DNA from: the human T2T-CHM13v2.0 reference genome, Homo sapiens
NCBI RefSeq assembly: GCF_009914755.1
Contig: NC_060942.1
Length of the DNA stretch: 64,000 nucleotides
Reading direction: 5' to 3' (one strand)
Both the position numbers and the translations under genes were made by a program. The notes beneath the pieces are model-generated. The model was not told where the DNA came from. It made no database searches and saw nothing but the letters and a program-made list of their open reading frames with translations. Positions 41,964 to 60,966 of the stretch are shown piece by piece; positions within the stretch are counted from its first letter, which is position 1; each line of letters opens with the position of its first letter.

Positions 41964-43453
41964 TTCTGATAGACCAGATTTAACTTAAAAATCCTAATCG
42001 GTCAATCATTAATAAATGTATAAAATTCAAAATTTACATGCTGGAATATCACAGCAATGCCAAATTCCTCTGAGTTTTTAAGTGCTTACTCTTGTTATTT
42101 GTACTTATTTCCCCACAGATCAGCAACAAACATTTTGCAGCCCAGCTACAATCTACGAACTTCTTAGAAAAGCTGGTAAAGAGAGCCAAGGGTCAAGAGT
42201 TAAGTCACGTACATACTGTTGACCAAGTGATCCACCAAAGTGCAAAGGAGGCCACACACTTTGGAAGGTCATCCAGGCTCTGGTCTATTTCTGCTTTTAG
42301 TACTCCTCAAATGGCACTCAGGCCCACCAGGCTTCCCCTTGCCCCTACTAAGTTGAGTAGTCTGTTAATCTCAGTGCCGTTCTATGCAGGTTGGAGATTG
42401 ATTTGGCTCCTTCCAGCACCTAGTTCTCCTGCATTCCTGCTGCTGTGTTTTAAACACTGCTGGTGATATGGCTCTGGGGATATCTTCCTCCGAGCTAGTA
42501 GTTATTTGCCTTATTATTTTTCTGTTTCCTCAGAAAAGGGCTCCGCAACATGTAAAAGACAATGAAATGAAAGAGGAGGACACAGGAGAACACAGACAGG
42601 TACATGGGCTATTCATTTGTGGAGAGTCCTTGATCCTTGTCTTTGAAAAACACTGTCTTTGGAGAAATTATAAAGTAAAGATTAAATAACAGTTGGAATA
42701 AAAGTTCTGTGATGAGAACTAAGTAGTTGATTGCAATGGATGATTTGAGATTTCACAAGTTAATACGTGAAATGGCAGAGGACAAAATTCCCACCTTCTA
42801 CCTACTTTGCACCTAAAATGTGCAGATGCTTGAGGCTAGACATGAGCACACAGCCATGCTGCCCTGTCTCACTTTAAATCAATAATCACTAAGGACAGTT
42901 GGTCCTTACTGCTGCCCAGCTTCCCACCCATTTACCTAGTCTATTATTCTCTCACCATCCTACTTCAACTACATCCCTAGTTGACTAGAGCTTAGGACAG
43001 TCAGGAACTGACAGATGGGTTGAGTTCAATACTCTCCTCCACTCCCTATTCTTGCTGACAGCAAGAATGAAGAGTGATGTGCTCTGGGCCACTAACATGG
43101 AGACAAGCCGCTCCAGTTCTCCCATAGAATGTGGCTCAATTTCTTTAGAAAAGAGCTTAAGACATTTCTTTTGGGCAGCTTATCAACTAATGCAGCTGTT
43201 CTGAGTATCAGGCTTTCCATTTATCTTATTTTATCTCCTCTGTTTGTTTCTTCTTCCTTTTTGCTCTTACTAGTGCATTGCATATGCTGTGCCAGAGCTC
43301 CCTGGAATCCATTTCATCTGCCAACATTGCTTTGTTGCAATGTCTTACCTATTGATATGCGCAACAAGTAGAGTGCACATTGAGTAAAAGAGTCTCACAC
43401 TCAGGTACATCATCATAAAATTTTAATACACCACTGTTAAAGAGAGAATCCAG

Positions 43454-43821
<368 letters not shown>

Positions 43822-44634
43822 CTAAAATGGCAACCCTTGAAGAAAAAATACAATGGAGCATTGACCCTCAAATAAGTGCTATTAAAGGACTTGATCTGGA
43901 TATCTGTATATAAAACAAAAAGAATTTTGATTTATGCTTCACACCATATACAAATGTGAACTCAAAATGGATCATAGAACTAAATATAAACTTAAAACTG
44001 TATAAATTCTAGACAAAAATATAAGATAAAATCAACGGAATGTTGGGTTGGGTGAAGAGTTCTTAGTTTTAATACCAAAAACACAATCCATAAAAAAAAT
44101 TGGACTTTATCATAATGAAAAACTTTTGCAACATGAAAGACACAATAAGCTAATTAAAACCTAAGGCACAGCCTAAGAGAAACTTTTGCATAACACATAG
44201 CTGAAAAAAACTGTATCTAGAATACATGAAAAACACCCCAAACTCAATATTCAGAAAAGAAACTACCCAATTACAAACTGGATAAAACATATGAACAGAT
44301 ACTTCACTAAAGAAGATATACAGATGGTAAATTAGTCCATGACTAAAAGCTCAAAGTCATTAGTCATTAGAGAAATGAATGTTAAAAACATAATGTGATA
44401 CACACAGAATATTTAAGATTTTTTTTTTTATTATACTTTAAGTTTTAGGGTACATGTGCACATTGTGCAGGTTAGTTACATATGTATACATGTGCCATGC
44501 TGGTGCGCTGCACCCACTAACTTGTCATCTAGCATTAGGTATACCTCCCAATGCTATCCCTCCCCCCTCCCCCCACCCCACCACAGTCCCCAGAGTGTGA
44601 TATTCCCCTTCCTGTGTCCATGTGATCTCATTGT

Positions 44635-48489
<3,855 letters not shown>

Positions 48490-48525
48490 TTAGTTGATGC
48501 AGTTTCTTCCTAGTCTCAATGGTCT

Positions 48526-49542
48526 TTACATTTTGGCATGATTTTGCAGCGGCTGGTACCGGTTTTTCCTTTCCATGTTTAGCGCTTCCTGCAGGAGCTC
48601 TTTTAGGGCAGGCCTGGTGGTGACAAAATCTCTCAGCATTTGCTTGTCTGTAAAGTATTTTATTTCTCTTTCACTTATGAAGCTTAGTTTGGCTGGATAT
48701 GAAATTCTGGGTTGAAAATTCTTTTCTTTAAGAATGTTGAATATTGGCCCCCACTCTCTTCTGGCTTATAAGGTTTCTGCCGAGAGATCCGCTGTTAGTC
48801 TGATGGGCTTCCCTTTGAGGGTAACCCGACCTTTCTCTCTGGCTGCCCTTAACATTTTTTCCTTCATTTCAACTTTGGTGAATCTGACAATTATGTGTCT
48901 TGGAGTTGCTCTTCTCGAGGAGTATCTTTGTGGCGTTCTCTGTATTTCCTGAATCTGAACGTTGGCCTGCCTTGCTAGATTGGGGAAATTCTCCTGGATA
49001 ATATCCTGCAGAGTGTTTTCCAACTTGGTTCCATTCTCCCCATCACTTTCAGGTATACCAATCAGACGTAGATTTGGTCTTTTCACATAGTCCCATGTTC
49101 CTTGCAGGCTTTGCTCATTTCTTTTGATTCTTTTTTCTCTAAACTTCCCTTCTCGCTTCATTTCATTCATTTCATCTTCCATTGCTGATACCCTTTCTTC
49201 CAGTTGATCACATCGGCTCCTGAGGCTTCTGCATTCTTCATGTAGCTCTCGAGCCTTGGTTTTCAGCTCCATCAGCTCCTTTAAGCACTTCTCTGTATTG
49301 GTTATTCTAGCTATACATTCTTCTAAATTTTTTTCAAAGTTTTCAACTTCTTTGCCTTTGGTTTGAATGTCCTCCCGTAGCTCAGAGTAATTTGATCGTC
49401 TGAAGCCTTCTTCTCTCAGCTCGTCAAAGTCATTCTCCATCCAGCTTTGTTTCATTGCTGGTGAGGAACTGCGTTCCTTTGGAGGAGGAGAGGCGCTCTG
49501 TGTTTTAGAGTTTCCAGTTTTTCTGTTCTGTTTTTTCCCCAT
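48526..49542 (-). pseudogene. L1 ORF1: L1 ORF1 (338-codon frame) with a premature TAA after 258 aa
   Basis: MGKKQNRKTGNSKTQ from the ATG at 49542; CAA>TAA at 48766-48768; normal stop at 48526-48528. Confidence 0.95.
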
Positions 49543-49602
49543 CTTTGTGGTTTTATCTACTTTTGGTCTTTGATGATGGTGATGTACAGATGGGTTTGGA
49601 TT

Positions 49603-50448
49603 GGGAGGAGCCAAGATGGCCGAATAGGAACACCTCCGGTCTACAGCTCCCAGCGTGAGCGACGCAGAAGACGGGTGATTTCTGCATTTCCATCTGAGGT
49701 ACCGGGTTCATCTCTCTAGGGAGCGCCACACAGTGGGCGCAGGTCAGTGGGTGCGCGCACCGTGCGCGAGCCGAAGCAGGGCGAGGCATTGCCTCACTTG
49801 GGAAGCGCAAGGCGTCAGGGAATTCCCTTTCTGAGTCAAAGAAAGGGGTGACGGACGCACCTGGAAAATCGGGTCACTCCCACCCGAATATTGCGCTTTT
49901 CGGACCGGCTTAAAAAATGGCACACCACGAGATTATATCCCACACCTGGCTCGGAGGGTCCTACCCCACGGAGTCTCGCTGATTGCTAGCACAGCAGTCT
50001 GAGATCAAACTGCAAGGCGGCAGCGAGGCTGGGGGAGGGGCGCCCGCCATTGCCCAGGCTTGATTAGGTAAACAAAGCAGCCGGGAAGCTCGAACTGGGT
50101 GGAGCCCACCACAGCTCAAGGAGGCCTGCCTGCCTCTGTAGGCTCCACCTCTGGGGGCAGGGCACAGACAAACAAAAAGACAGCAGTAACCTCTGCAGAC
50201 TTAAATGTCCCTGTCTGACAGCTTTGAAGAGAGCAGTGGTTCTCCCAGCACGCAGCTGGAGATCTGAGAACTGGCACACTGCCTCCTCAAGTGGGTCCCT
50301 GACCCCTGACCCCTGAGCAGCCTAACTGGGAGGCACCCCCCAGCAGGGGCACACTGACACCTCACACGGCAGGGTATTCCAACAGACCTGCAGCTGAGGG
50401 TCCTGTCTGTTAGAAGGAAAAGTAACAAACAGAAAGGACATCCACACC
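49603..50448 (+). promoter_or_regulatory. Inverted L1 5'UTR: sense promoter faces right, antisense promoter faces left
   Basis: Intact YY1 site CAAGATGGCCG at 49612-49622; CpG-rich; ORF0 start ATGGCGGGCGCC at 50050 on minus. Confidence 0.9.
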
Positions 50449-51459
50449 AATATTTAAGATTAATAACAGGGCACAATTCCAAATGCTAGTGAGGAGGTAG
50501 AATGGCAGGTGTTTACATGCATGGCTGGTAAGAATGCAAAATGTTACAGCACTTTATAAGAGTGTATCAGTTTCATACATATTTAAACATATGCTTACCA
50601 TATAAAGAACAAATCTTCTAGGTATTTCTCCTAATGAAATGAAAACCTGTATTTGTACAAACATATATATGTGACTGTTTACAAGCAGCTTTATTCACAG
50701 TTTTTCAAAACTAAAAATAACTCAACGTCCTTTAATTGGTGAAGGGATTAAAAAAACTCTAGTACATTCATACAGTGGAATACTACTTAGTAATAATATA
50801 AGACAAGCTCATGACACACAAAACACAGATGAATCTGAACGGCATCATATTAAGTGAAAGAAGCTTAACTCAAATGCCTACATATTGTATGATTATATTC
50901 CTATGATAAATTTGTAGGAATGGGGAACACATCACAGGTTGTCAGAAGTTGCAGATAGGTGGAGGAGTTAACTTACAAAGCAGCAGCACAGGGAACATTT
51001 GGAACAACAGAGCAGTTTTATATCTTGGTTGTCTTGTTTATACTGTTCTCAAAACTCATAGAACTATATACCACAGTGAATTCTATTGTATACTAATTTA
51101 AAGAGTGAAAGCTAAAATAATGAAGAGAATGATAAGAAACGCCATAATTTGGTTGGTTAAAAAAAGTACAAGCAAAATAAAAAGGATTCCCAGAATGTGT
51201 AGAAAGAGGGGTCTAAAAATCCCATACATATATACATCCCTGTGAAATTTTATAGCACTAAGAATAAATACATACCCTAAAATCTGAGAAAGAGACAGAG
51301 ACAGAGAGAGAGACAGAGAGAAAGAGAGAATATAAGTCTTACAACACAATCAAAATCCCACTGACAGTTAACCTGCAAATCTATACATGATCAAACTGGT
51401 ACTCAACTGTGGATGCAATAAAGATGATGTAATTCTTGCAGCAATGGAGAAGTTCACTT

Positions 51460-51758
51460 TTTTATTTTTTATTTTTCTTTGAGATGGAATTTCTTTCTTG
51501 TTGCCCAGGCTGGAGTGCAATGGCGAGGTCTTGGCTCACTGCGACCTCTGCCTCAAGTGACTCTCCTGCTTCAGCCTCCCAAGTAGCTGGGATTACAGCC
51601 ATATGCCCCACGCCTGGCTAATTTTTTTTTGGATTTTTAGTAGAGGTGTGGTTTCACCATGTTGACCAGGTTGGTCTCGGACTCCTGACCTCAGGTGATC
51701 CGCCTGCCTCAGCCTCCCAAAGTGCTGAGATTACAGATGTGAGCCACCACGCCTAACC
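51460..51758 (-). mobile_element. AluSq/Sp with a small internal deletion
   Basis: TCTTGTTGCCCAGGCTGGAGTGCAATGG; TSD AAGTTCACTTTT on both sides. Confidence 0.9.
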
Positions 51759-52086
51759 AATAAGTTCACTTTTAATATACCCTTTATGAGGAAATTTTTT
51801 GAGGTTGTAATCCAGCAAAATAAAGGTAAAAGTCGTGAAGGAGAAACTGTGCAACTGAGTCAGGAACGCAGTGAAACAAATGCCAGAGTGACTTGTCTGT
51901 GTAAGCCTAAAAAGTTATTGGTCCAAATTAAATCCTAAAGTCAGTGAACCCTAAGAAGAATGTCTTTAAAAAGAATGAGATAATTTCTAATTAGTGGTTG
52001 AAATAAATAGGAAACTGGGGCTTCTTAGTGTTATGTTGAAGAATGCATATATTTATTCTCTCAACCAGGTAAATGTAGGGACACTG

Positions 52087-52150
52087 AGAAATTGTAGGAA
52101 AAATAAAGAGCTGTACTAAGAAATTGTAGGAAAAACAAAGAGCTGTACTA
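52087..52150 (+). repeat. 32-bp tandem duplication
   Basis: AGAAATTGTAGGAAAAAYAAAGAGCTGTACTA twice, one mismatch. Confidence 0.95.
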
Positions 52151-52546
52151 AAGAGCCATGGTTAATTTATGAAACAAAGTAAAAAAAAAGGCATGATTTC
52201 AGACAATTGAAGAGATATAGAAAGTACATTTCTTTAGTATTTAAGCAATATTATTCTCAGGCGGTCCTGTGTATGTGACCTGGGATATGTAGAGATTTGA
52301 ATGGTGTCCTTGACCAGCATGTTGCTCTTCACTGGGAAATAGTTACACAACTGCAATCAGGTCAATGCTATTTTTTGGGTTTCAAGTATCAGGTTGTACT
52401 TAGTTATGGTTACAAACAGAACATAAAATGTTATTGGTGTTGTCATTGTCAAAATAAAGCTATCTTTGACAGAATTTAGAAGGTGAATGTGAAGAAGACG
52501 TGGAAAAAATTGGAATGTTAGAATGTTCAACTGAAGAAGTGACTGG

Positions 52547-52864
<318 letters not shown>

Positions 52865-53599
52865 AAGTGACCGTCTGAAGTTGACAGATCAAGATATATA
52901 AATAATTCTATTTAAAGAAAAATCAAGTAATGACTAAACTAAGATAATAACGTAAGTAATAAAATTAAGAACATAATGGATGGCTACATGAGGGCATCTG
53001 AAAGTGGTAATTTGCGTTCAGAGAATAGAAGATTTGCTTGCTAAATCAAGAAATACTGGTATGTTATTTAGTGTTATAGATGAAACCACCAGAAAAATCG
53101 CTATGAGAACTACTAAAACTGCTTGCTTCTCAGTAGCAGGATTGGAGATGGTGAGGAATGAGATGAAATATTATAAAATCTTTAATACTGCTTAATTTTT
53201 ACTATTTGCCTCATTCACTTTGATAAAAATAAGAGAAACACTAAACAAAAATTGGAAAGTGTTAAGTAAAAATGACAGAGGGAAGAAATTACAATGACAG
53301 GAAATATATTGGGGTATCATCAAATATGACTCCCTTACTTTCAAATTCACAGAGGAAACAGACATAGTGATACAACAGAGAGAAACTCTCAAATAGAGTA
53401 ATATTCAACAGGGATGAGACTTTCTAAAATTAATACAATCGCCAAGTTACCTTAAATTGACGGAAAAGAGCAGATTTCTATAAAAACAAAATGAGTTTTA
53501 AAAGAAGCTTTCTGTTGAGCTCAGATTTTGGAAATCATAATTTCAAGTATTGAAAGAGAAACATAGAACCAAGGATGCCTATGGAAACATGATTCAGTT

Positions 53600-55010
53600 T
53601 CAATTCTTATGATTATAGTACAAGGAAAAAAATAGGGTATTATAAAACAAAATTAGAACAAGACCAAAGATGGCCTAAGTACAATCATTTGGGCAGATGG
53701 TTTAATGAGACCAAACTACTCAACTTATGTTCCTTTTTTGTTCTTATTTATTTTAATCACAGAGAAAAATTTGCAATATAGAAAAGAACATTTTTTAAAA
53801 CTTTATTAAGAGAGATTTAAAGTCCAATGAAGGTGAGAAATAGTAAGACAGCCTTGGGTACTTAAAAGATGCTAAGGTTAAATATATTGAATAAGTTTGC
53901 AGATACAATTGAAGAAATATTGTTAATGATTTTTTTTTAAAAATCATATATATGGATGGAAGAGTTAGGTGACTTCAGCTGTACCAATATCACCATAATA
54001 TTTTTCAAAAGAGAATAAAGAAAAAGTCCTTACATTATTATAAATATTACCAAATTTTATATCAGTTCCAAGAAAAGCTCTACAAAGGGTTATAAAATCA
54101 TTCTTAAACAAAGAAACTGGTCATCAATATAAACAATGTAGATGCATAAAAATAGATAATCATGGGATAATTTGTAACAAAATAGGATTATTGACTAGAC
54201 CAAGAGAAGCTTACAAATACACAAAGAGCATCTTAATATTCAACAACTCATGCAAGTACATCACACATATCCTACGGACAAGATTGAAAAGTGTTGGCTG
54301 TATTATAGGCTGATTAGTTGAAACCATATTTACTTGAACAGTTATATCCAAAGAGTGTTGATTGATGCAATATGTCAGTCACTGAGGAGGAAAATCAGAA
54401 AAATCAATAGTAGCACCCAATAGGGTTTCCCCATGTTCATTTTACAATTTTCACTTTGGATTGAAAGAAGAATCAGGAAAGTCATCATATTAGAGAAGCA
54501 AACAACTGCTGATAAAGATCCTAATGCATTCAGGCAATGAGCTGAAATGACATGAAACTCAATAGGAATAACTTTATGGCTTCCTCTTAAAATGTTTTCC
54601 CACCAATTTTTAAAAGATCACTTGATGAAGTAGATGGGGAAGATTACTAACAGCTTATGTAAAAAAATACAAACTTACTATAAGCTCAATGTAAGCCAAA
54701 AGTAAGCATGACTACCTTAAAATTTAATGTAAGATTTAGCTTCAGCAGAAGACATATAGTTCTCTGATTTGGGGAATGAGCCTTCTGCTGTTTACAGCTT
54801 ATCCTTGTCAATGGCTGCAGTGTGAATCCAACTGCTAGTTGTATTAAGTGGATTGGCATGAAACTGGAATATGGTCAGAGTGGGAAAAGCAGAATGATGC
54901 AGGAACTGGAATCCATCAAACATGAGAAACAGTTGAAAGCATGGAGAACAGATAGCCCAGAAGAGGGAGGACTTGTTCATCTTGTATTATTAATGCCTAG
55001 TAGAGGAGTC
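53600..55010 (+). mobile_element. Ancient L3/CR1 LINE reverse-transcriptase fragment
   Basis: CR1-like segments (GGACAAGATTGAAAAGTGTTGGCTG, CCAAAGAGTGTTGATTGATG, AAGCTCAATGTAAGCCAA, TGAGAAACAGTTGAAAGCATGGAG...AGCCCAGAAGAG). Confidence 0.6.
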
Positions 55011-56329
55011 ACAGATGCGTATGAAAAGATAAAATGTGTTGTGAACAAAACAAAGGTATACCCAAGACCTATTATATTCCTTTAAGATAAAAAAGGTCTT
55101 TTTAAAAACATATGAATATGGCACTTTAATGATTTTTTACTCCCTGTCTTGAATTAAGATCTATCCTTTGTGATGGCTCAAACATTGCCTTTGTTTCTGG
55201 ACGCTTGAAAGTGAGTCATCAAAAAGCTTAGTTTTTCAGTGATCTCAGTGGGTAAACTTTCTGGATAAGTGACATCATGAAGAAACAGTCGTACCTCATT
55301 CATATAGTATTATTCAGAATTAACTTATCAGATTGGCCTTTAACTACAGTAAAGGCACTTGTTTGGTATTTGGATTTCATTACTTTGTTTGGTGTGTATA
55401 CCCTTCAGATAACTACTTGGCAACAAGCACTCTATTCCAAGTGATCCCCGGATGTAGTCACAAAGGCATGTTAATCTTATTATTCCTCTTATTAAGTACA
55501 AACCTTGGCCCAACAGTAAAGTTCTCACTGTTTTTCAGGTGCTCTGAGGATACACAAAGGAGAGGTGGTATATTTCAGCCACCTTTGGGATCATATTTTA
55601 TCTGTTTATTTTGACTTTTTTTTTAAGAAGGCAAAGAAGGGTGATATTAGGGCAGAGGTGGCAGCATACTACTCCTCTTCAAAATGCCTTCTGGTCTACA
55701 GGGAATTTACCCTAACCTTTGTGTGGAAGTCAGTCATCCAGTTCTAAATTGAAATTATCTCAGTGATAGTAAAGCTCCAACAAACACAACCTTTATCTGT
55801 ATGCAAATAATTGCCATGGTCTGTATTCTTTGCTCATCTGAGATTCCATATTAGGAAAATAGTGTCTGCTAATTTTGGCCAATCTGCTCTATTCTTTATC
55901 TCAAACAATGGTGTCACTATCTATCCAGTCTCTTCAGCTGAAACCACAGAGGAATCTTCTACTATTCTTCCTCCTTCACTTCACATATCAATACAGGCAC
56001 TAGGCTTGTCCTCAGAAATGCTTGTGAAAACCCCTCCAATTTGCCACTGCCAAGGTCAGGCTCTCATTTTCTAGATTACTTTGAGTGACTCTTCGACATT
56101 TGTCATACAAGACCTTTCACAATCTGACCCCAATGAATACCACCATTGCCCATTACACGTGACCATATGCATCACATATAAAAGCTTACATGAAGCTTTA
56201 ATTCCATAAACACATGCTGAGAACTTAATACATGAAGAACAGTAGTTTAAATTTTAGGAGTACTAAGATTAAATCACATATGTTCACACTATGGTAGAAA
56301 GAAGCAATCATAAACCAATTATCTATCTA

Positions 56330-57500
<1,171 letters not shown>

Positions 57501-59789
57501 GCCACAGCTTGAGAATAATTGTCCCATTGGGGCTGCTCTGCAAAGTCACTGAGGACATCCGTGCAGTGTTTACTATTATCAGTTAACTGAGTGATTTTTG
57601 GCAAGTTTCTTCATCTTTACCCAGTGCCTTCACATTGAGTAATCTCTGCCACTCTGTACCTTTCATAAACTATGATTTAGTCTGAGGTTTTCTAGCTAGG
57701 TCAGGCTCTATAGGCAAATATATCTCAATATATATGCAAATAAACACTTAGAAGATCAAAAGAACCTAAACTGTGTTTTTATCAAGTTTCATCTAGATTC
57801 CCTGGTGCTGTAGTTGACAGTCATAGCATAAGATGATAGACTTGTGCCTGTCATATAATTTGCACTTTTAAAATATGATTAAATTAATATTTCAGTGAAA
57901 AACATATTTCTTTAAGATTGCAACAGTACATACTAGAAAACAGTCAGTGGTAGAATAGATGTTAAACTTTACTTCATTAACAGAAAATAAAAGGCAATTA
58001 ATAAAGTGATTCTCTTACTGTTATCCTTCCTCATGTGAGTTTTCACTATTAGTAAGCCGCAATAATATAGGCTTTTCTTAGCAACAACAGTTATTGCCAT
58101 TGAATATATTGTATGATTACTTTACAAACTAAAATTAATTAATTTAAATATGATATTTTCTCTTTGTTTTGTAGTCCCCTGATACACATAATGTCTACAT
58201 GGGTGTATTTATTTTTCTAAGTTTATTTAAGTATAAGTAGCCAAATGGTTAGGATCCACGCATGTAACTGATGACACCATAAAGTGAGTGCTGTTTTCTA
58301 CAATTGGTTCATGATTTATTATGCATTGCAAACAACTTCATTCTTTCTTTTTTATTTTATAAATGTATCCTCATTAATATAAAGACACACACATCCATTA
58401 AGTTTTACCCCTTTTGTATGTAAGCAGCTTAACATTCCTGATCAGAGCTGGCATTTGAAGCAAACCAAAAAACAAAAATTTTACATACAAGTCAGATATG
58501 CTTTGAAAACTTAATTACAATGTGCTCCATTGTCTGAAAGCTTACTTTTACACATTTTGCTTAGGTTCTTTCTCATATGTGTTGGGCCCCAGATTCTTTT
58601 TACAATACCTGATACTCCTAAACCAGCCTTTATTGACAGTATTAATTGCCTCTAAGCACTTACCTATTACACTGTTTTTTATGCCTAGAGAAGATTTTCT
58701 CTTTCTTCTAGTCTAGGTTGTTACTTGGATCACTGCTTAGAGACCTTCACTCTGGCTTCTTCCTGCTTTCTCCCTCTGGGCAAGTCTCCTCTTTCACATA
58801 TGGAAGGCCATGTGCGTCTACACCATGTCTCCCACTTCATCAGACTTTATATTCCAGTAGCTCATTTTGCATCTGCACTTTACAACCAAGTTCCCTGTCT
58901 ATCGATAGGAATGAATGGCAAGTTTGTAGTTTATTTAGTTTTTCTGATACCAAATGACTAGGATTACATGAAGTAATGAAAATTTTTATTATCAAACTTA
59001 ATTAACAGAAAACAATATCATGAATGTCAGGCAAAGGTTTGGTAGATGCATCAGACAAGACTCATTGTTTGATATAAAATTCTTAGTGCTTTCAAAGTCT
59101 TTCTTCTGATTTTTCAAAACTGAAGATACAGAGAAGCTTTAGATTCCATCCTATGGCCTCAGCAGAAGGCTTTCTAATTTTCAGGCTCTTGTTCCACCAT
59201 GATGAAAGTTCACCTGAAATAGTCAATTTCTCACTCTAATATTAACTGATATTAGATAATAATGTTAAACTAATATTAGTTTCACTTATTAAAATAAAAT
59301 AACTATAATATACTAATAATAAATATTTAGCTTATTTTTTTGCATTGTTTAGAGTTTTCTCTGGGGATGAAGGAGAAATTGGAAGCTAGGAAACAACTAA
59401 AGAAACAAAACAACTAAAACCTCCCAAACAATAAAGAACATAGCATTTTCTCAATTCAGATGAGTTTTGTATAACCTCATTCACAAAGCAGTTATCATAA
59501 TAAGGTAAATTTAAAGTTGAAAGTAACAATTATTGGCAATATGTCAGTTATTTCAAGAAAGTTAAATTTTGGCTGACACATTAATGCCATTGTTTGTTGT
59601 TGAATAATTGAATTTTTAGGAAATAATCATTTTTTTTCGGTGCTATCCACTAGGTGAATTATTTCAGGAGACCAAAATCTAGAAGAGAGTAAAAAATATA
59701 TTCAGAAAAGAATGGTGCAGTGTTAAGTGCAATTCAAAGATCTGTATAAACTCCTATGCGCACCAATAGCAACCTAATACACGATGAAT

Positions 59790-60966
59790 TGAAGATCTAC
59801 ACTTAAGAGCTAAAACTATAAAACTCTTAGAAAAAAAAATGTATATATAAGTCTCTGTGAGCTTGGATTAGGCAACAGTTTCTTAGAGATTACACCAAAA
59901 GCAAAACAACCAAAGAAAAAATAGATAAATTGGACTTCATCAAAATTAAAAAGTTTATGCTTCAAAGACACTATCAAGAAAGTAAAATGACAACCCATGG
60001 AATCAGAGAAAATGTTTGCAAACAATATATCTGATAAGTGTCCAGTATCCAGAATGTATAAAAAACTCTAACAACTCAACAATAAAAAGACAACACAACT
60101 TAAAAATGGGTAAAGGATTTTAATAGACATTTATCTCAATAAGATACATGAATGGTCAACGAGCACATGAAAAGCTGCTCAATTCATTATTCATTGGGAA
60201 AATGTAAATAAAAATCACTATGAGATACCACTTCATACCTACTAGAATGGCTATAATTGAAAAGGCAGATTATAACCAGTGTTGAAAAGGATGTAGAGTA
60301 TTAGAACCATTGTACAGTGCTGGTGGCAATGTAAAGTGGTACAGTCACTTTGAAAGATCATTTGACATTTCCTTAGAAAGTTATTATATGATCCAGGAAA
60401 TCCAATCCTAGTTACATATTCATGAGGCTTGAAAACACTTGTTCACACAAAAGCTGGCATATGAAGGTACATAGTAGCATTATTCAAAATAGCCAAAAAA
60501 GTAAAAATAACCCAAATGTCTGCTGACTGATGAAAGGATAAACAAAATGTATTATATTCATACAGTGGAATATTATTCAACCATAAAAGGAATGAGGTAC
60601 TGATACATGCTACAACATGGATGGATCTAGATAATATTAATTCCTAAGATGGAAACCAGCCCTTATTATGCTCAGTGGAAGAAGACAGGCAGCAAAGGCC
60701 ACATATATGATTTCATTCGTATGAAATATCCATAATAGGCAAATCCATAGAGAGAGAATGTGGATTAGTGATTGCTAGGGGCTGGGGGCATCAGGGAATG
60801 AGGTGTGACTCCTAATAGGTATAGGACTTTTTCTTGGGGTGATGAAAATATTGCGGAATGAGATAGTAGTCCTGGTTGTGCAACTTTGTTAATATATAAA
60901 ACTTCCTAATTGTATACTATAAAAGGTAAATTTTATGATTGAGAATTATATTTCAATGTTTTAAAA
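59790..60966 (+). mobile_element. L1MB ORF2 end and 3'UTR
   Basis: AGAGCTAAAACTATAAAACTCTTAGAA...GATAAATTGGACTTCATCAAAATTAAAA...AGGCAAATCCATAGAGA...GGGGTGATGAAAAT. Confidence 0.88.

Noticed and set aside
48766-49614. Apparent N-terminally extended ORF1 (MAPPNPNPSVHHHH...)
   Set aside because: The listed start is a TTG in the inverted segment; the real ORF1 ATG is at 49542 and the His run is ordinary 5'UTR sequence.
59236-59282. 16-bp palindrome AAACTAATATTAGTTT
   Set aside because: Lies in very AT-rich low-complexity sequence where palindromes are frequent by chance.
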